A stretch of 64,000 bases of DNA from the NCBI GenBank assembly GCA_964106645.2, contig OZ067049.1, one strand, 5' to 3'. The notes under the pieces were generated by a model that was not told the origin of the DNA, searched no databases, and saw nothing but the letters and a program-made list of their open reading frames with translations. The stretch comes from Podarcis pityusensis (taxonomy: Eukaryota). Positions 38,001-51,880 of the stretch are shown here, one piece after another; the stretch's first letter is position 1; each line of letters opens with the position of its first letter. Made by a program: the position numbers and the translations under genes.

Positions 38001-41000
38001 AAGGGCAGTTTTTTCTACAGCTGTACTAGACGAAAGGGGAATCAAAGACCAAATGCAACACACCTGTCTAAATTTCCACTCTTGCTCATGCTCTGATTCC
38101 CTCTGCTTTAATGGGTCCTTAAAGAGTTCAGTGTCGATACGAGAGCTTGGATCAATGCTATCCTGCTGCTGCTGCCTTTTCATGGAATCATTAGACATCT
38201 GCACTTTGTTGATCCGTAAGGCAGCTCTATTATCTCGGGCTTTTTGCTGCAAAACAAGCACACATGTAATTTTTTAGACTTGTTTAGACTGATATTGGAA
38301 GTAATGCCATTCTTTATTACCAACACAAAACCCACAAACGGTTTACAGGGTTTGAATAAATTTCACATAGGAAATAAGAAACTAGGACACCCTTGGTTAC
38401 ATTTCCAGAAAGGTAGCCATGTTTGTTTGTTGTAGCAAAAACAAAGAGTCTTATGGTACCTGTGAACTACTAATCTTCCTAGACACACAAAGTAAGGTTA
38501 ATGCACCTATGTCATATCAAAGGTGCAGTTAGCAAAACAAATACACACACACACATTGAAAACAGTACAAGAAAAAGAGTCCTATCCATGTGTTTTACAC
38601 CAACAGCAGCTTCACTATTTCATGAAACATATGAAGAGAATTGGGACACTATCTGAAATCAAGCTAACCACTGTAAGCACTAAACAGAGCAAATGGGAAA
38701 TTAAAAAACAACAACAAACATCATTTCAGTTAATAATATAATCAGTTTAGCCATTTAAAAACAGCTATAGGAATTAATTTCCGGGTGATGTTCATGATCT
38801 TTACTTTTCCAGAGGATCAAATCATCCTGTCAGTTTTTTTAAAGTTTAGTATGCAATTCAACACTAGGTTTTTAGAGATGCAAAACAGCAGTCAGAAGAA
38901 AGTAAGTATGGCCCCAAATCCATAAAAAGTAAATTAAGGAAACTAACTGAAATTCATGTATGTAAAATGCACTTTGCAGAAGCAGTGTGCTTTCTAGCAG
39001 TTTTAAAACTTAAAATACTTTTAGACTAATTAAAGGAAATCAGAAGCATAACATTTTTTTCTGTTTCAACAAAAATGGCAAATACTCATTACCACATATG
39101 GAGCTCTTTCTTGTGAGCTTGCTTTCCTCCACAATTTAGCAATTTGCTTCACTCTTGTAGTCCAATCTGAGAATGCAGAGGAGAAAAAGGAGTAAGATTT
39201 TGTTATTTTGTATTAGGAATATCATCAATGCATCAGTAAACAGTAAACATGAAACTGTTGCCTTTTTCAGAATTCAGAAAAGCTGAACTTTATGAAATAA
39301 GATTGGTTCCTAACAGATTTGTAATGCAAGGTTTAACTCAGTGGACTTCCTGTACTGGCAAGAGGTTGGATTAGATAAGATTACTTTTAAGGTTCCTTCC
39401 AATTTTATAGTTTTACAATTTATAACAAACCTGGGAACTCCTCCTTTAGATTTGGAAAATTGATATTTGTGTACAAAACAGGGGCTACAGTTGCCATTTC
39501 ACCAAGCGCTTCTTCCTTTTCCCACTTAAGAGTGCTTCTCTGCGCGTTAGACATGGTATCACCTTCACCATCCAGTGGTGTAGCAGAAGGAACCCAAGAA
39601 CTGGTGGGATCATTCATCACCGCATTAAATGCTGTATTCTTATCCCTGGCAAAGCAAAGCAAAATAGGGATTTGTTCATTTCAGTATACGGAAATACATT
39701 ATTCCAACAAACACACACAAATTAGCAACACCTCAAAATTATTAATAATTTTGGTTACTCTAAAACCCGGGAAGAAGAGAAATCAGAGAGCCCAACTCGT
39801 TAGCATCATTATAGGTTCAATGAATATCATTATAGCGATGCTGAAGTAGAGGATATATCAAATTATTCAATTTTACTCACCTTGTGTCTGTGTATGGTGG
39901 CTGTGCTATTGTAGAAAATGAGCCTATACCTCCTCCCGGAACCAAAGTTGTATGAGGGAGATGGGGGCTTGGTCCAATTAGGCCATTTATAAGTGGAACT
40001 CTTGAAAATGCATTCTCTCCTTTAAAGAAAAGTTGAAAACACAAATAATATTTATTTATAGTAATTTATTTACATATAGGCTTTTAGAGCATAGCCCACC
40101 CAAGGTGGCTCACAATACCATAAAACACAATAACTTGAACAATCTAAAATATCATAATTAAAAAACTGATTACTATCTGAAAGCCAATACTCAGGGAAAA
40201 TAAAATGTAACAGTAGTACTTTGCATGTGAAAAGCAAACTAAAACTCTGCTTCACTATTTCACAGTACTAAACTAAACCATTTGAAGGGACATTTTCTGC
40301 ATACACCAAATATTAAACATTCAAAAATTTTACTCTGTTTTGAAGACTTTGAAAGAAGATAACACCTAGGGACTAAGCTCAAATAACTCTGCCTCTCACA
40401 TCATGCTATTTTGCAGACTGAAGCCTTGTTTTGGCATTGTTTTCTGGGTTCTGGGATGCTGTAAAGAAGACAAGGTTTGGTTTCAGGAACATATAATGAT
40501 CCTTATTCCTTGGCTGGAGACAGGAGGAGCTGAAAAGATGTTGGCCAAGCATCCTTGGGTACAGGGGTGGGAACCAATGAAGTAGTGGGGGCAGGGAATC
40601 TGTCAAGGGATACCTTTCTTCAGGGAGAATTTGCCAGGAGCTGAGCAACCGTGGGGCAGGGAAGAGAAGAGACAAAAGTGGATGGAATTTGCAGCACTGA
40701 AGAATGTTCTCTGCCACCTTTTCTTCCTCTTTCTACCTCTCTCTCTCACATACACATACAACTTGGAAGAGAAAGAAAGAGTGGGCCTGCACTAACCAAA
40801 GGGCTGGATGCAGCCACAAGGCCACAGGTTGCTCACTACTGTCCTAGGTAGATAGGAGACAGGCTGTATCAAAAGAAACATATCCACCCTTATAGGATAA
40901 TTTTATTGATAAAAAAAATTACAAAAACAATACTCTAGCTTCCAGTTTTCACAAGACTGGGTGACAATGACTGAATTGTGCGTGAATTGCTAGCAGTTGC

Positions 41001-44000
41001 ATTTTTATTTTTCAAAAAAAGATAGTAAACAAACCTTGATTATGCAAATGCATGAGTTGAGGAGGTGGCGGTGGTGGGGGTTGTGGCAAAGGAGTTGACT
41101 GAGTAGCTGAAGGGCTCAGTACAGCAGTAAATAGGTCTTCAACATCCTTTCCTCCCAGCTCTGCAAAACACTGCATGTGAGTATATAAGGTACGGTTGCA
41201 TTTAGTAAGCTTCATAAAATGATACTAAAAAGCAAGAGAACATACCTGGAATCTTGTACAGTTTGCCAAGAATTGCACCTGAACAAAGTAAAATCAACAG
41301 AAACATTAGCAAACATATACGAACAGTGAATTGTGGCAATTGCAACTAATTAAAACCAAGCACGAAGTAAATCTAAAAAGAAGTTCCTTCATGAGGCAAT
41401 GATATAAAAGAAACATTTACCATCTGTGACCATCTTGTCCAGTTCAGGGCTCAGGATTCTATCTAACTGTTCTTCACTCAGTGGCCGTGAACTCTGACTG
41501 ACGCTTTGTGGAGGTATAGAGGTTGGATCATCAGATATGGGTCCAATATCTAGTCCAGCTGACGGAAGGAAAAGTATGGTTTTAACTAAAAGACCAGCAA
41601 TAAGCTGAGGCGCCTTAACAACTGCTTGGAAAATATATTTGAAGCATATTTTTCTATAACACACCCAACTAAAAAACTCGTTTGGTCTAAGAAACGAAGG
41701 TTTTGCAAACCTGACTGAATATTATCGTGAATCATAAGCCTTTCCTGGTATTAAGAATTTAACAATTCCTGGTATTAAGAATTTAACAATTCCAACAAGT
41801 GATTGGATTATTTTAACATTAGAGGCTTCTTTGCAAATATTCATCAGCAGGTAAGAGTTAACCTATGGACACTACAAAACCGTCTCCGGAATAGTTAAAG
41901 GATATATTTTCTTTAGAACTGCTATAGATACATTTACGCAGAACTTAATATGGTGTCTAAATCTGGTGAAACAAAAATAGCCTGCAGAAATGGATGACTC
42001 TACCCTCTTTGTAAGATTCTGCAATTTACTACCTTTTCTAGTGAAGAAGAACATTTGCCAAAGAGAGCCAAGAATACACTGGGGGCTTCTGCCCAAGGCA
42101 CTATCCTTAGATGTTAGGTGTGGTTTGCCAGAAACATTATTGTGTCTCTTTCCACCTTTGGCTCTGGGGATGCTCAGCAAAAAGCAACATTCTATTTAGC
42201 CTTTTCTCCTATACATTATACAGTAGTAGTTTTTTGTTACAAGTCACTTCCTGGTTCTGTACTTCCTGGAATGGCGTCTGTCATCAATTACAGTAAAAGT
42301 GAGACCTCCCTCCAGGCTCTTCTTCCAAGTACATCTCCATCTCCTCTCTGAACTGCTTTCTCTATATTAGAACCTGTAGTACTTCATCTATTCCATAACT
42401 AATCTAAATCTGGATTCTGGCTTTTTTTTTAATTTACATTATTTATTCACAGTATTTATATAGGTCACCTTGTAATAATATTCTCAGGGTAGCTCACAAC
42501 AGGAAATAAAACAATTTAACATTCAGTAACAATGATACTATGAAAGTACAAATACAGCATAAAAACAGTTGCTGAGAATAGAAACAGCTGAAAGCTGAAA
42601 GAGATTAAAAAGTATAGGAAAAAGATATTTGCCTGGCACCAAAATGACACCAAGGCAAGTGTAGGTGAGCATCCCTAGGGAGGTCAATCCATAGCTGGGG
42701 TGCTCCTACTGTAAAGGCCTCTCTCTCCCTTAGCCACTTGCCAATCTCACTTGCAAGGGGCACTTGAGTAAGGTCTAGATGGAGAAAGATTCAGGAGCCC
42801 TGGTTTTAAGTTATGAAGGGTCTTAAAGTTCAAAATTGTCATCTTGAATTGAGCCTGGAAAGAACTAAGAGCCAGTGAACAGGATGAAGCACTGTGAGAT
42901 CAGCTTATATTATTCAGTACACCCCAAAGAGTTCCAGAGAGTCCACACACCCCTGACCACTGAAGCCTCCCAAAGTTGTGAGAGAGAGGAGATAGATTAG
43001 AGTGGGACAGAAGGATCCAGGGTGGGTTTCCCACCTTCTTCTCCTTCCACATGATTTGCCCCTGCACAGGACCTCCTTCCTCCCCACTGAAAAAAGCAAG
43101 GCTATCTCTGGACCAAATGGGTGTCCTGGACACTTCCCATGGCTGATCTGCATTAACTGTGGCATCCAAATCATGGCAGTTGTGAGTGGCTCTTATCTTT
43201 GAAGAACCTTGCAAACGTGTCATGGCATGCTTTGAGGATTTGTTCACATGTCCTACTGTGCCAAACTGCAGAAGGCCTAAACCACTTGGAAAAGTTCTGT
43301 TGAATGATTAATAATTATACTAGACTTGTTCCTGTTATCACATCACACCAATGAGAGGTGGAACTAAGTATTTCCTCATGTTGAATTGGCTAGTGAACAC
43401 CAGAGAACAGTATTTTGCTAAGCAGCACATGGTCATGGTTGCTGAAGCTCAACTGAGTGAGTTTTAGTCAACTTGTCTCAAGGGGATCTGAAGCCCAGGC
43501 TATCTAGATTATTTATGACCTCTCTGTCTTCTTGTGGGTTACTCCTGATGGGTGATATAGGCACTGGGAGTGGTGGTTGTGTAGGAGATTAGAATGAGGT
43601 GGCTGAGAATTTCCAGTCTAAGAATGATAGAATTCTTGGAATTCTACATACAAATGTTACTTAATATGGGTTAGTATCATAAACACACTTATAGCACTTA
43701 CTCACCACTTAGTAACTACAATATTTAGCAGTATATGAATTTAAGTACTAGGAAATACAATGTTGAAGCCATTACAAAAAATAATACTTAAAGAGATAAT
43801 AGCTTATATAATCTTTAAAAATAATGACTCCAACCTTGTGTTTTATGCTTGACAAAGTTGCTGTGTTCATCCAGGGCCAAATTAAAAACTGATATAAACT
43901 TTTTATTCATGCTTTTCATAATACAACAAACTAAATTAAAAACAAGTCTATCGCTGTGATGCTCTATAAAGCATACTTAAATAGTGCAGGAGGAAGGAAA

Positions 44001-47000
44001 CGTGTTACTTTGTACTGTGAAAGGCACACACACAAATCCAGTTATTCACAACATTTTAAAACAAAATTCTGAAACACTACTAGGTGCACCGCACAGGCAG
44101 GTATTTAACATTGCACAAGACTCTGCACACAGAGATAGTGAAACATGAAAGCATTTTTAGTGACATGGAATATATTTACACATGCAAAAATAAAAAAAAT
44201 CAGCCGAAACCACTAGGAAAGATGACTACTTCTAACCATGAATCACCCACTGTTTATTTCCTTACCAAAAGGGGAGGATGAGCTCTCAACCTGGAAAGTG
44301 CATAAATCAAGACCTACAAGATCCAAACCAGATAAAATGGATGATTATAACAAGAAAGAAAGAAAAGGAGAGGCTGAAAAAGCAAGAAAGAATATAAACC
44401 AAAAGTATATACAGCTGCATGCTAAAATAGTACATGGGAATGCCAGACACCAACAAGATTTTTAAAAGTTATCCCCACATCAATAAAGTGCAAAGTAAAA
44501 TAAAGTGCAGGTTTATTGATCAAAGCAAGAAATAAGAAAGAGTCCTTTGCTTGCTGAAGCATACTTATGGTATAACAAATACATATATAAAGAGTTGCAT
44601 AATACCATGAACAGGATAATTTTGTAATTCAAGACAAATTTCACAAAACCAACAAGAACTTATACATGTACCTGAATGATCCCCAGATTTCACTAAATCA
44701 TCAGAAAGAATTCCAAGTATGTCATCATCAGTGCTCAGCACAAGGGCAGCTAATGGGTCATCCGAGGTACCTACAGAAAACAGGTGCTTTACACAATGAG
44801 CTTATCCACATTTACCTTTTACTCTGCTCTCTCAAGGCAGAGGTCTGTGCTTTAAAGCTCCATATATGAGTGTGTTTTGGTTGGTCTTTTTGCCCTGAGC
44901 TTTCCCCGCAATGACCCTTCTTTAAAGCCAAATTGGAGCAAGTGTCAATTTGGGTTTTCAGTGGACTGGCATTTGTTTTGATTGGAATTTAAAGAGTGGG
45001 TTTTTGACCCCAGGGGAAAGCTCTGGAGCAATAAAAAATGGAGGGCACTTGGACACAGCACTTTATATCACAGTCCTTGCCTAGAAAGAGTGGAAGCAAG
45101 GTCAGTGTGGAAAAGCCCTTAATCATAACAACTGTGATTCCCCCATGTTATTTATCCATTTGCTCTGAGCTCAAGGGTTTTTAACAAGTATTATTTTGAG
45201 TATGTGTTTCTCCAATCAGATACCTTTCTTTTATTTTCTGTTTACGAAAAGGAGGCTTGAATATTTCTTTGTAAACAGAAAGCTCAAATTTAAGTAATCA
45301 GTTGAAACACCATTTTACACTTTGGGAATTGGCCTACAATGACTTAAATCAGAGCAAGAAACTGGCAGTCCATGGGTAGGATACAGCCCACCCACAGCAC
45401 CCCCCCCACCTCCTCCCCAGCTATCCCTACAGATTTTAGGCTTGAAAAAAAGCCTCCTATTTGGAGCCCATAGAATCCTTTCTCCAAGCTTAATTGCAGT
45501 GCAGGGGGCCATGGGGGGAGGGAATCACAGCTGTGATCCTCTTCTGGAAACAACCTTCACTGTAATTAGGCTTGAAAACAGCCGTACCAGTGGAAGGCTT
45601 TACTCAAGCCTAATTGCTATGGGTGCGGGGATGGATTTCACAAAGGGGGCAGCTAGGAAGGGAAGGGTTAACCATGCAATCTCTGTGAGGATCACCCTCT
45701 TTGGCAATTAAGACTGATAAGGCCTATTTGTGTGTATGTGTGAAAAAGAGCAAGATCCTGCATATATGTATGTGTGTGCAGCATAATTATGCGGTGTGTG
45801 CACACCATTTATGTGGGCACACCAGCTCCTGCAGTACTTTAGGCCCATGCCCTTTTGTTTGGGCCTTGCTCACCACTGGCATGTAGGTGCCAGAAAGTGG
45901 CCTATGGCTGAAAAATGTTCCTCACCCCTGTGTTGAAACAGCTTGGATCCATATAACACCTTCCCCATATAATAAACATAGACTGTAATGTCAGCCACTG
46001 CTGTCCTGGCCCAGGCCTCATAATCTTTGGTTTTATACCATCTGCACTCCAGCAATTTTCTGAACTGCTTCAGAAACATGAGCTCTTTGGTAAATCAGGG
46101 GGATTCTTGTCACTATAATGAGAGAGTATACTCAAGAGCCACTGTCCAATTGCTGCCATCTGTTGACAAGACAATGTAGCTATCAGACTTGAGTACAATT
46201 CCACCCCTTCCACCAGTGTTGGAAACCTATAGGAACTGTAAACTGCCAGAAGGACCATAGCTCAGCAGTAGAGAACACACTGAGAATACTTATTAATAAG
46301 ATAGCTAAGGAAATTATTCAAAATACTTTCCCTAACCATTGTCCTTCTACCAATCCACCCAAAATTCCTGCTTTTAAGAACTCTGCTCTTCAAGTAGCCC
46401 TTACCAAAAGAAAGAAAAACATACAAACCAGTGTACCTTGTATTCCAGATTTTGATGGAGCTGGAGTGGAAGTTGAGCTAAGAAGTGGATCTGAAGATGG
46501 ATCTAGGAAATTTGTGTTCAAATTTGCTTTGCAAGAAATGTTAAGGCTCTCTTCACATAAATTATCTAAACTTGGTTTTCTTTGTCTACTGGTATCTAGG
46601 AGGTCTTTTCCAAAGAAGGCTTCCTACAATTAAAAACAAACACATTCCCCACATTTGAGCATTGGAACACAAAACCAAAAACTGATTTCTTTACATACAA
46701 AACTATTGTTCACCCAATTTTCATTCTAAACCACAGAGCCTAGGACTTCAGGGGTCCCTTTACCTTTACCTTTAATGTTAACTTTGTGACCAGAACATAG
46801 TAAAATTAAACTCAACACAAATGACTATTTTTTTTATGTAAAGTTCTTGAAGTTAATTCATCACCCTTTACTTCCTATTCAAATACTTGTATCCTATGAA
46901 AAAAGAAGAAACATTTCCAATTTGGGGCAATTTCCCCATTACTCAACAGCTCCCCATGCCCATCCAAGGTTGTTCAGGAAGCCTCCTGACCCCTTGGATA

Positions 47001-50000
47001 AGCTTTTTGGAGCACACAGACAGCTGCTAGAGTGAAGAGTAGATGGGGAACTTTTCTTCTGCAAACTTGGTTCAATTCAGCTATCTTAGCATACATATTA
47101 GGTAATATATGGTGAAAAGAATTAAGTTCTCCATATTGCTCCATGCTGCTGAAAAAATAGCCTCTGTTTATAAGAATCAGTATACAAAATTAAATCCTCC
47201 TAGCAAGGGCAAACTATTTTCAACTGAAGCATCTATATCAACATTAATACAGACATTTGGGTTATGTCTGAATAACATTCTATTGTTTTTGTTGGAAAAC
47301 AAACGAAACAGGAAAATTAGAAGGAAAGGTGTAATTTATGTTTTAATGCTTAATAGCAAAAGGAGGCTGTTGAAACGATCGCTCTTTATGCAAAATTAAC
47401 TTAGAGTGATAATGAATTACACAACTGGAAAGCAAATGTTTGTGTTTTACACCGATTAACAGTTTATTCAATATATGCAAATGCTAATCTTAAGCAGCAC
47501 ACTACGCATAGCAATGACTATACCTGCAAGTACGCTGGGAAGATTTCTTCAAGCTTGTTTTTCTTCTTCCTGTAACGCTTTTTAATTTTTTCTGTATTCT
47601 CTGAAACAGGAGTAGTTTCATCAACGGGTGTATCTAGCAGTTGTTCACTCCAACCTAACAATGACAATCATGCATAATAACAAATTTACTTATAACTCTT
47701 GCCCACTCTTGAGGTACTGCCCCACTCTGTTTAGCATCTGTACATCTCCTTAGTTTAAAACAGCAATATTATAAAAAATACAATAATGCAGAACTGCAGA
47801 GATGGACCAATTTAGCAAATGATGCATAATGTTTTCTTAAGGTATTCAGAGATGCTAAGTGAAATGAAACAAAATCTACAAAATTATTTCTGGGCTGAAT
47901 TGAGATAACTGTGAAATAATTGCATTCGAGGAAGATAGGGAATGGTTTTTCTTCAACAGAAAATAAATGTTGAATACTGTATACCAGGGAGGTCCAACTC
48001 CCAAGAGACTTTGATCTACTCACAGAATAAAAAACTGGCAGTAATCTACCCCTTTTGGGGGTGGAGGGTTCAGCTTTATTTAGAGGGGAACATCCCGCGA
48101 TTGGCCCGAACCTCCCAGGTATCGACCAGTTGATCCCAATCAACCTATTGGATATCCCTGCTATATACTGTAGATTGCATATCTGTATTTGTATACATTT
48201 TAGTAAAAAAAGTCTCATAAGTGACAAATGCTATTTTTAAACAAATAAAAATTGTTACTGAATTAAACCTCTTAAAAGGATGTTTCATTTAGGTGTTTTC
48301 ATTAGTTCTCATTATATTATCATTTTATATTAGCAGGGTTGTTATTTTTCTCTTGTCAACCAAATGATACTGTGCAGAGTTATTCAGCTACTGAAGCGAC
48401 ACTTAAATACATTTAGCACCTTTTCAAGTGTTAAGGAAATGTCTGCAGTGTGTCAAGATATGGAACCTACACATTACCACCTACGTTATGAAAAGCATCA
48501 GGAGAGATTTCTAAAAGATTGAGGGGAATTCCTACTTTTGATGAGCATTATTAGGTAACTGAACAAGTCAGTTATGGGTAAATCAATATAATCAATCCAA
48601 CTGCAGTATCATCCACTCTGCAGTTACTGTCCATTCCTAAAACAAAGCTATGGTAACATAGCATTTCATTAACATTGCCTTCATAATGATACAACCTATT
48701 GAGACAACAAGACCCAAACCCCAAATTATTGATTAAGGTAAAATCCCTGGTTCTAAACAGAGCATAAAAAGTATTGGAGTTTGTGTTCATGTTATGTAAG
48801 GAGGCATTTAACCAGGTTAAACTCATTTATCAAGAGCAGATGCTATCACTACAATTTTTTAAAAGGTTGCACTGCAAGAAACCCATTTGTCGGTTTTCCC
48901 TCAACACTACTACATTACCTGTAGCCACCTCCTGACAGGCAATTCTGAGTATAAATGGGCAGCATGAGACAGTGTGAACAGATGGCAGAAACAAGGTGAG
49001 ATGGGTGGGTGAGCAAGCAGTTGCAGGTGAGGTGGAGAAGAGTTTTATTTGGACCACAATTTAAGTAAACTGACCTAATTCACACAGATCAGAATACAGT
49101 GATCCTTCCTCTGAATTTCACAATACAGTTTTTTTGCTTAAAAACATATTGAAGTATGTAATTTAGGATAAAATATTTATAGAAATGCATACACTGAAAT
49201 AAAATGTATATTTCTATATGTATTTTGCAGTAAAATACTGCAAAAATCATTTAAATAAAAAAATTAAATAAAAAATTTCATAGTTTTTTTAATCCACAGA
49301 TTAATGCACAAATGGTATGGAACAGGCTTAAGGATAAACACATGCAAAATTAATATGAACTGCTCAGGACAGGCACTTTTAAAATGATGCTTCAGGAATA
49401 AGTATGTGCTATGGGAAGTGCTGAAAATACAGATGTGGAGAAAACCAGTAGTTAATTTTTTAAAAATTGCATTATAATGAATCTTAACAATATAATGCTC
49501 CTATATTGGAGTACATGTTGCTATAGTGACAGATAATTTAACATAACTATCAGTGTCACATTTAAGTGGTTGATTCACATAATTAGTACCCACTTTCATC
49601 TCTGCTGGGTATCTGCTCAGATACAGAGCCAGAGGAGTCCTTCCTTGAAAGAGATCGTTTTGTTTTTCCCTGTCCTGTACGACTCCGCTGACGTACCATA
49701 AATCCACCAATGCCTGTAAAAACACACACACATAATACACCTTGAATTTATTTGGATTAGGAAAACATACTTGGATTTCACCTTTTTGTAGATTCACAAA
49801 CACTAAAGTCCACTTTAAGTATAAAATTGGAAGTTGATACACATTACATATTTAGTAAGGACCTGGCTCTACATCATAATACAAGAGGTGGTCATGCAAC
49901 TTATTTTACGCTACCAGAACATGTGTCCAGGAGCGCTGAGTGATCCAGATGCATGGTCCTGAGATGTATATGTAATGAAAATGATGCACCAGTGCCCCAC

Positions 50001-51834
50001 ATACTATAGCAGGGATAGTGAACCCTTGATCCGTGGGCAGCAAGCCATGGCCAACTGCCCCACTCCTGATGTCATATGTAATATCAGGTGAGAGTCTTAA
50101 AGTGTTTCCAATTACGGTATTCTCTGGCAAGGGAGGCTTGCTGTCAGTGCCAATCAGCAGTGACAATAAGCTTTCAAGAATCAACTAACTGCTACAGAGT
50201 TCCCCATCAGAAAAGAATTAGAATGGAAAGCATCTGCCAAAAACCCAATGACTAAAGAGGAGAATATGATGTCTATCTAGCAAACTTAACCAGATGGAAT
50301 ATGGAAGGGTGAAATAGAATGTCCTTTCATTCTTGCTGAGAGGATAATTTACTGGGTAAGACATTAGGTAGAAGTACAGACGAAGTACAGACGTTGGGAG
50401 AGTTAGGAACAAACTGATTTCACAACCATGTTTAGACCTACTGATCCTTGTGGAACATGCAAAATTCCCTCATCCTACATGTATAGAAAAAGAGTCTAAT
50501 CTGAAACGTTTGGATTATGTTGTTGTGACAAGGAAAACAATATTCCAACTTCACTTTCAAAACTAGTGTCCCCCTTCCTGATACAGACTGTCTAGAGTTA
50601 TTATACTTTGCACATGCACTGGGGCAGAAAAGAAATTTATTTTAACTGCTATGGTAGTTATTTGCTTTAATGAAAGGTGCTCTAACAGCACCGCCATGAT
50701 AGTGTTATGGGGAGATAGTGTGTGCTCACATATACGTTTTCCTGTCTTAAACAGTGGAAGCAAACCACTCAGAACAGCAGGGCACCTATCAGGTTTAATG
50801 ATCCAATGGCAAGTTTCAATACAAAATTAGTACTTAAGAGAATGATACGGGTAGTTCTCCTGTTTCGCAACATTGGAACACCATTCTTTAGAATCAGAAA
50901 GGAAATGAATTGTAACCCAGTTAGAGGAAGCTGTAATATACAACAAACAGGGAAGTGATAATTCTCAGCAAAATCTTGTCAATCAAGTTTGTAAAATAAA
51001 TATAAACCTAATGAATATGCAAACATCTGGAGCATGTACTCTACCAGGTCTGTATGGTTTTCTTTTTCTCTTTTTAATCCCCTCAGTTCCTTCTACTCCC
51101 TTAGGATCATCATCTGCAGGCTCCCGTTCAGGGCTTGTATCAGATTTTCCCTCACAGTCCATGAGATCTCCTTCTGAATTTAAACACACACAAACACATA
51201 AAACAATTATAAAGTAAAATTCATAGGAAGTTGTCATTTTCTCTTACAGAATTCTGCCTCACCTCTCAGGAAAAAGCTTCCTAAGGTATGTAATGGCATA
51301 TATAAAATAATGAGCATAATAAAATCACACACAATTTTAAATGACAGCACACTGAAGTAGTAGTAGTAAAAACGGACTCTGCTAAAATCAAATGCCGGGA
51401 AAAGACAGAAGGTATAAATGCTACTAGGGATGGTGACTGACATGCAGAGAAAGGTGCGGAATTTCAGAGGCAGGGTGCCATAACTGAAAAGGCCCTGTTT
51501 GCCACCCAATGCACCTCTGATGGTGGGATGGGGGGGTGCACTGAGCAGAGCTTCCAAGTTCAAGTAGTTCTTCTAAGTCTGCTGGGCCTGGGTCATCTAA
51601 GGTTCATCTGGCTTGAATGTCATTAGGACAGGTGTACTTGTGCCCAGGTCCCATTTCTTCAACCTGAGTAGCAGCTGGCAGTCACTAAAAGTTGCTAAAA
51701 GGTACTGAAGGTATGAAAGACAGCTGGGCATCCTGTTTAGGGGAGTTTTCAATGTTTGATGTTTTATTGTGTTTTTAATATTCTGTTGGGAGCCGCCCAG
51801 AGTGGCTGGGAAACCCAGCCAGATGGGCCGGGGT

Positions 51835-51880
<46 letters not shown>

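Noticed and set aside
48628-48636. Possible 9-nt microexon (tttgttttag|GAATGGACA|gtaact)
   Set aside because: Good acceptor and correct phase but weak donor; not supportable without reads
49900-50210. Possible intronic snoRNA or structured RNA
   Set aside because: Only short hairpins; no convincing C/D or H/ACA box arrangement
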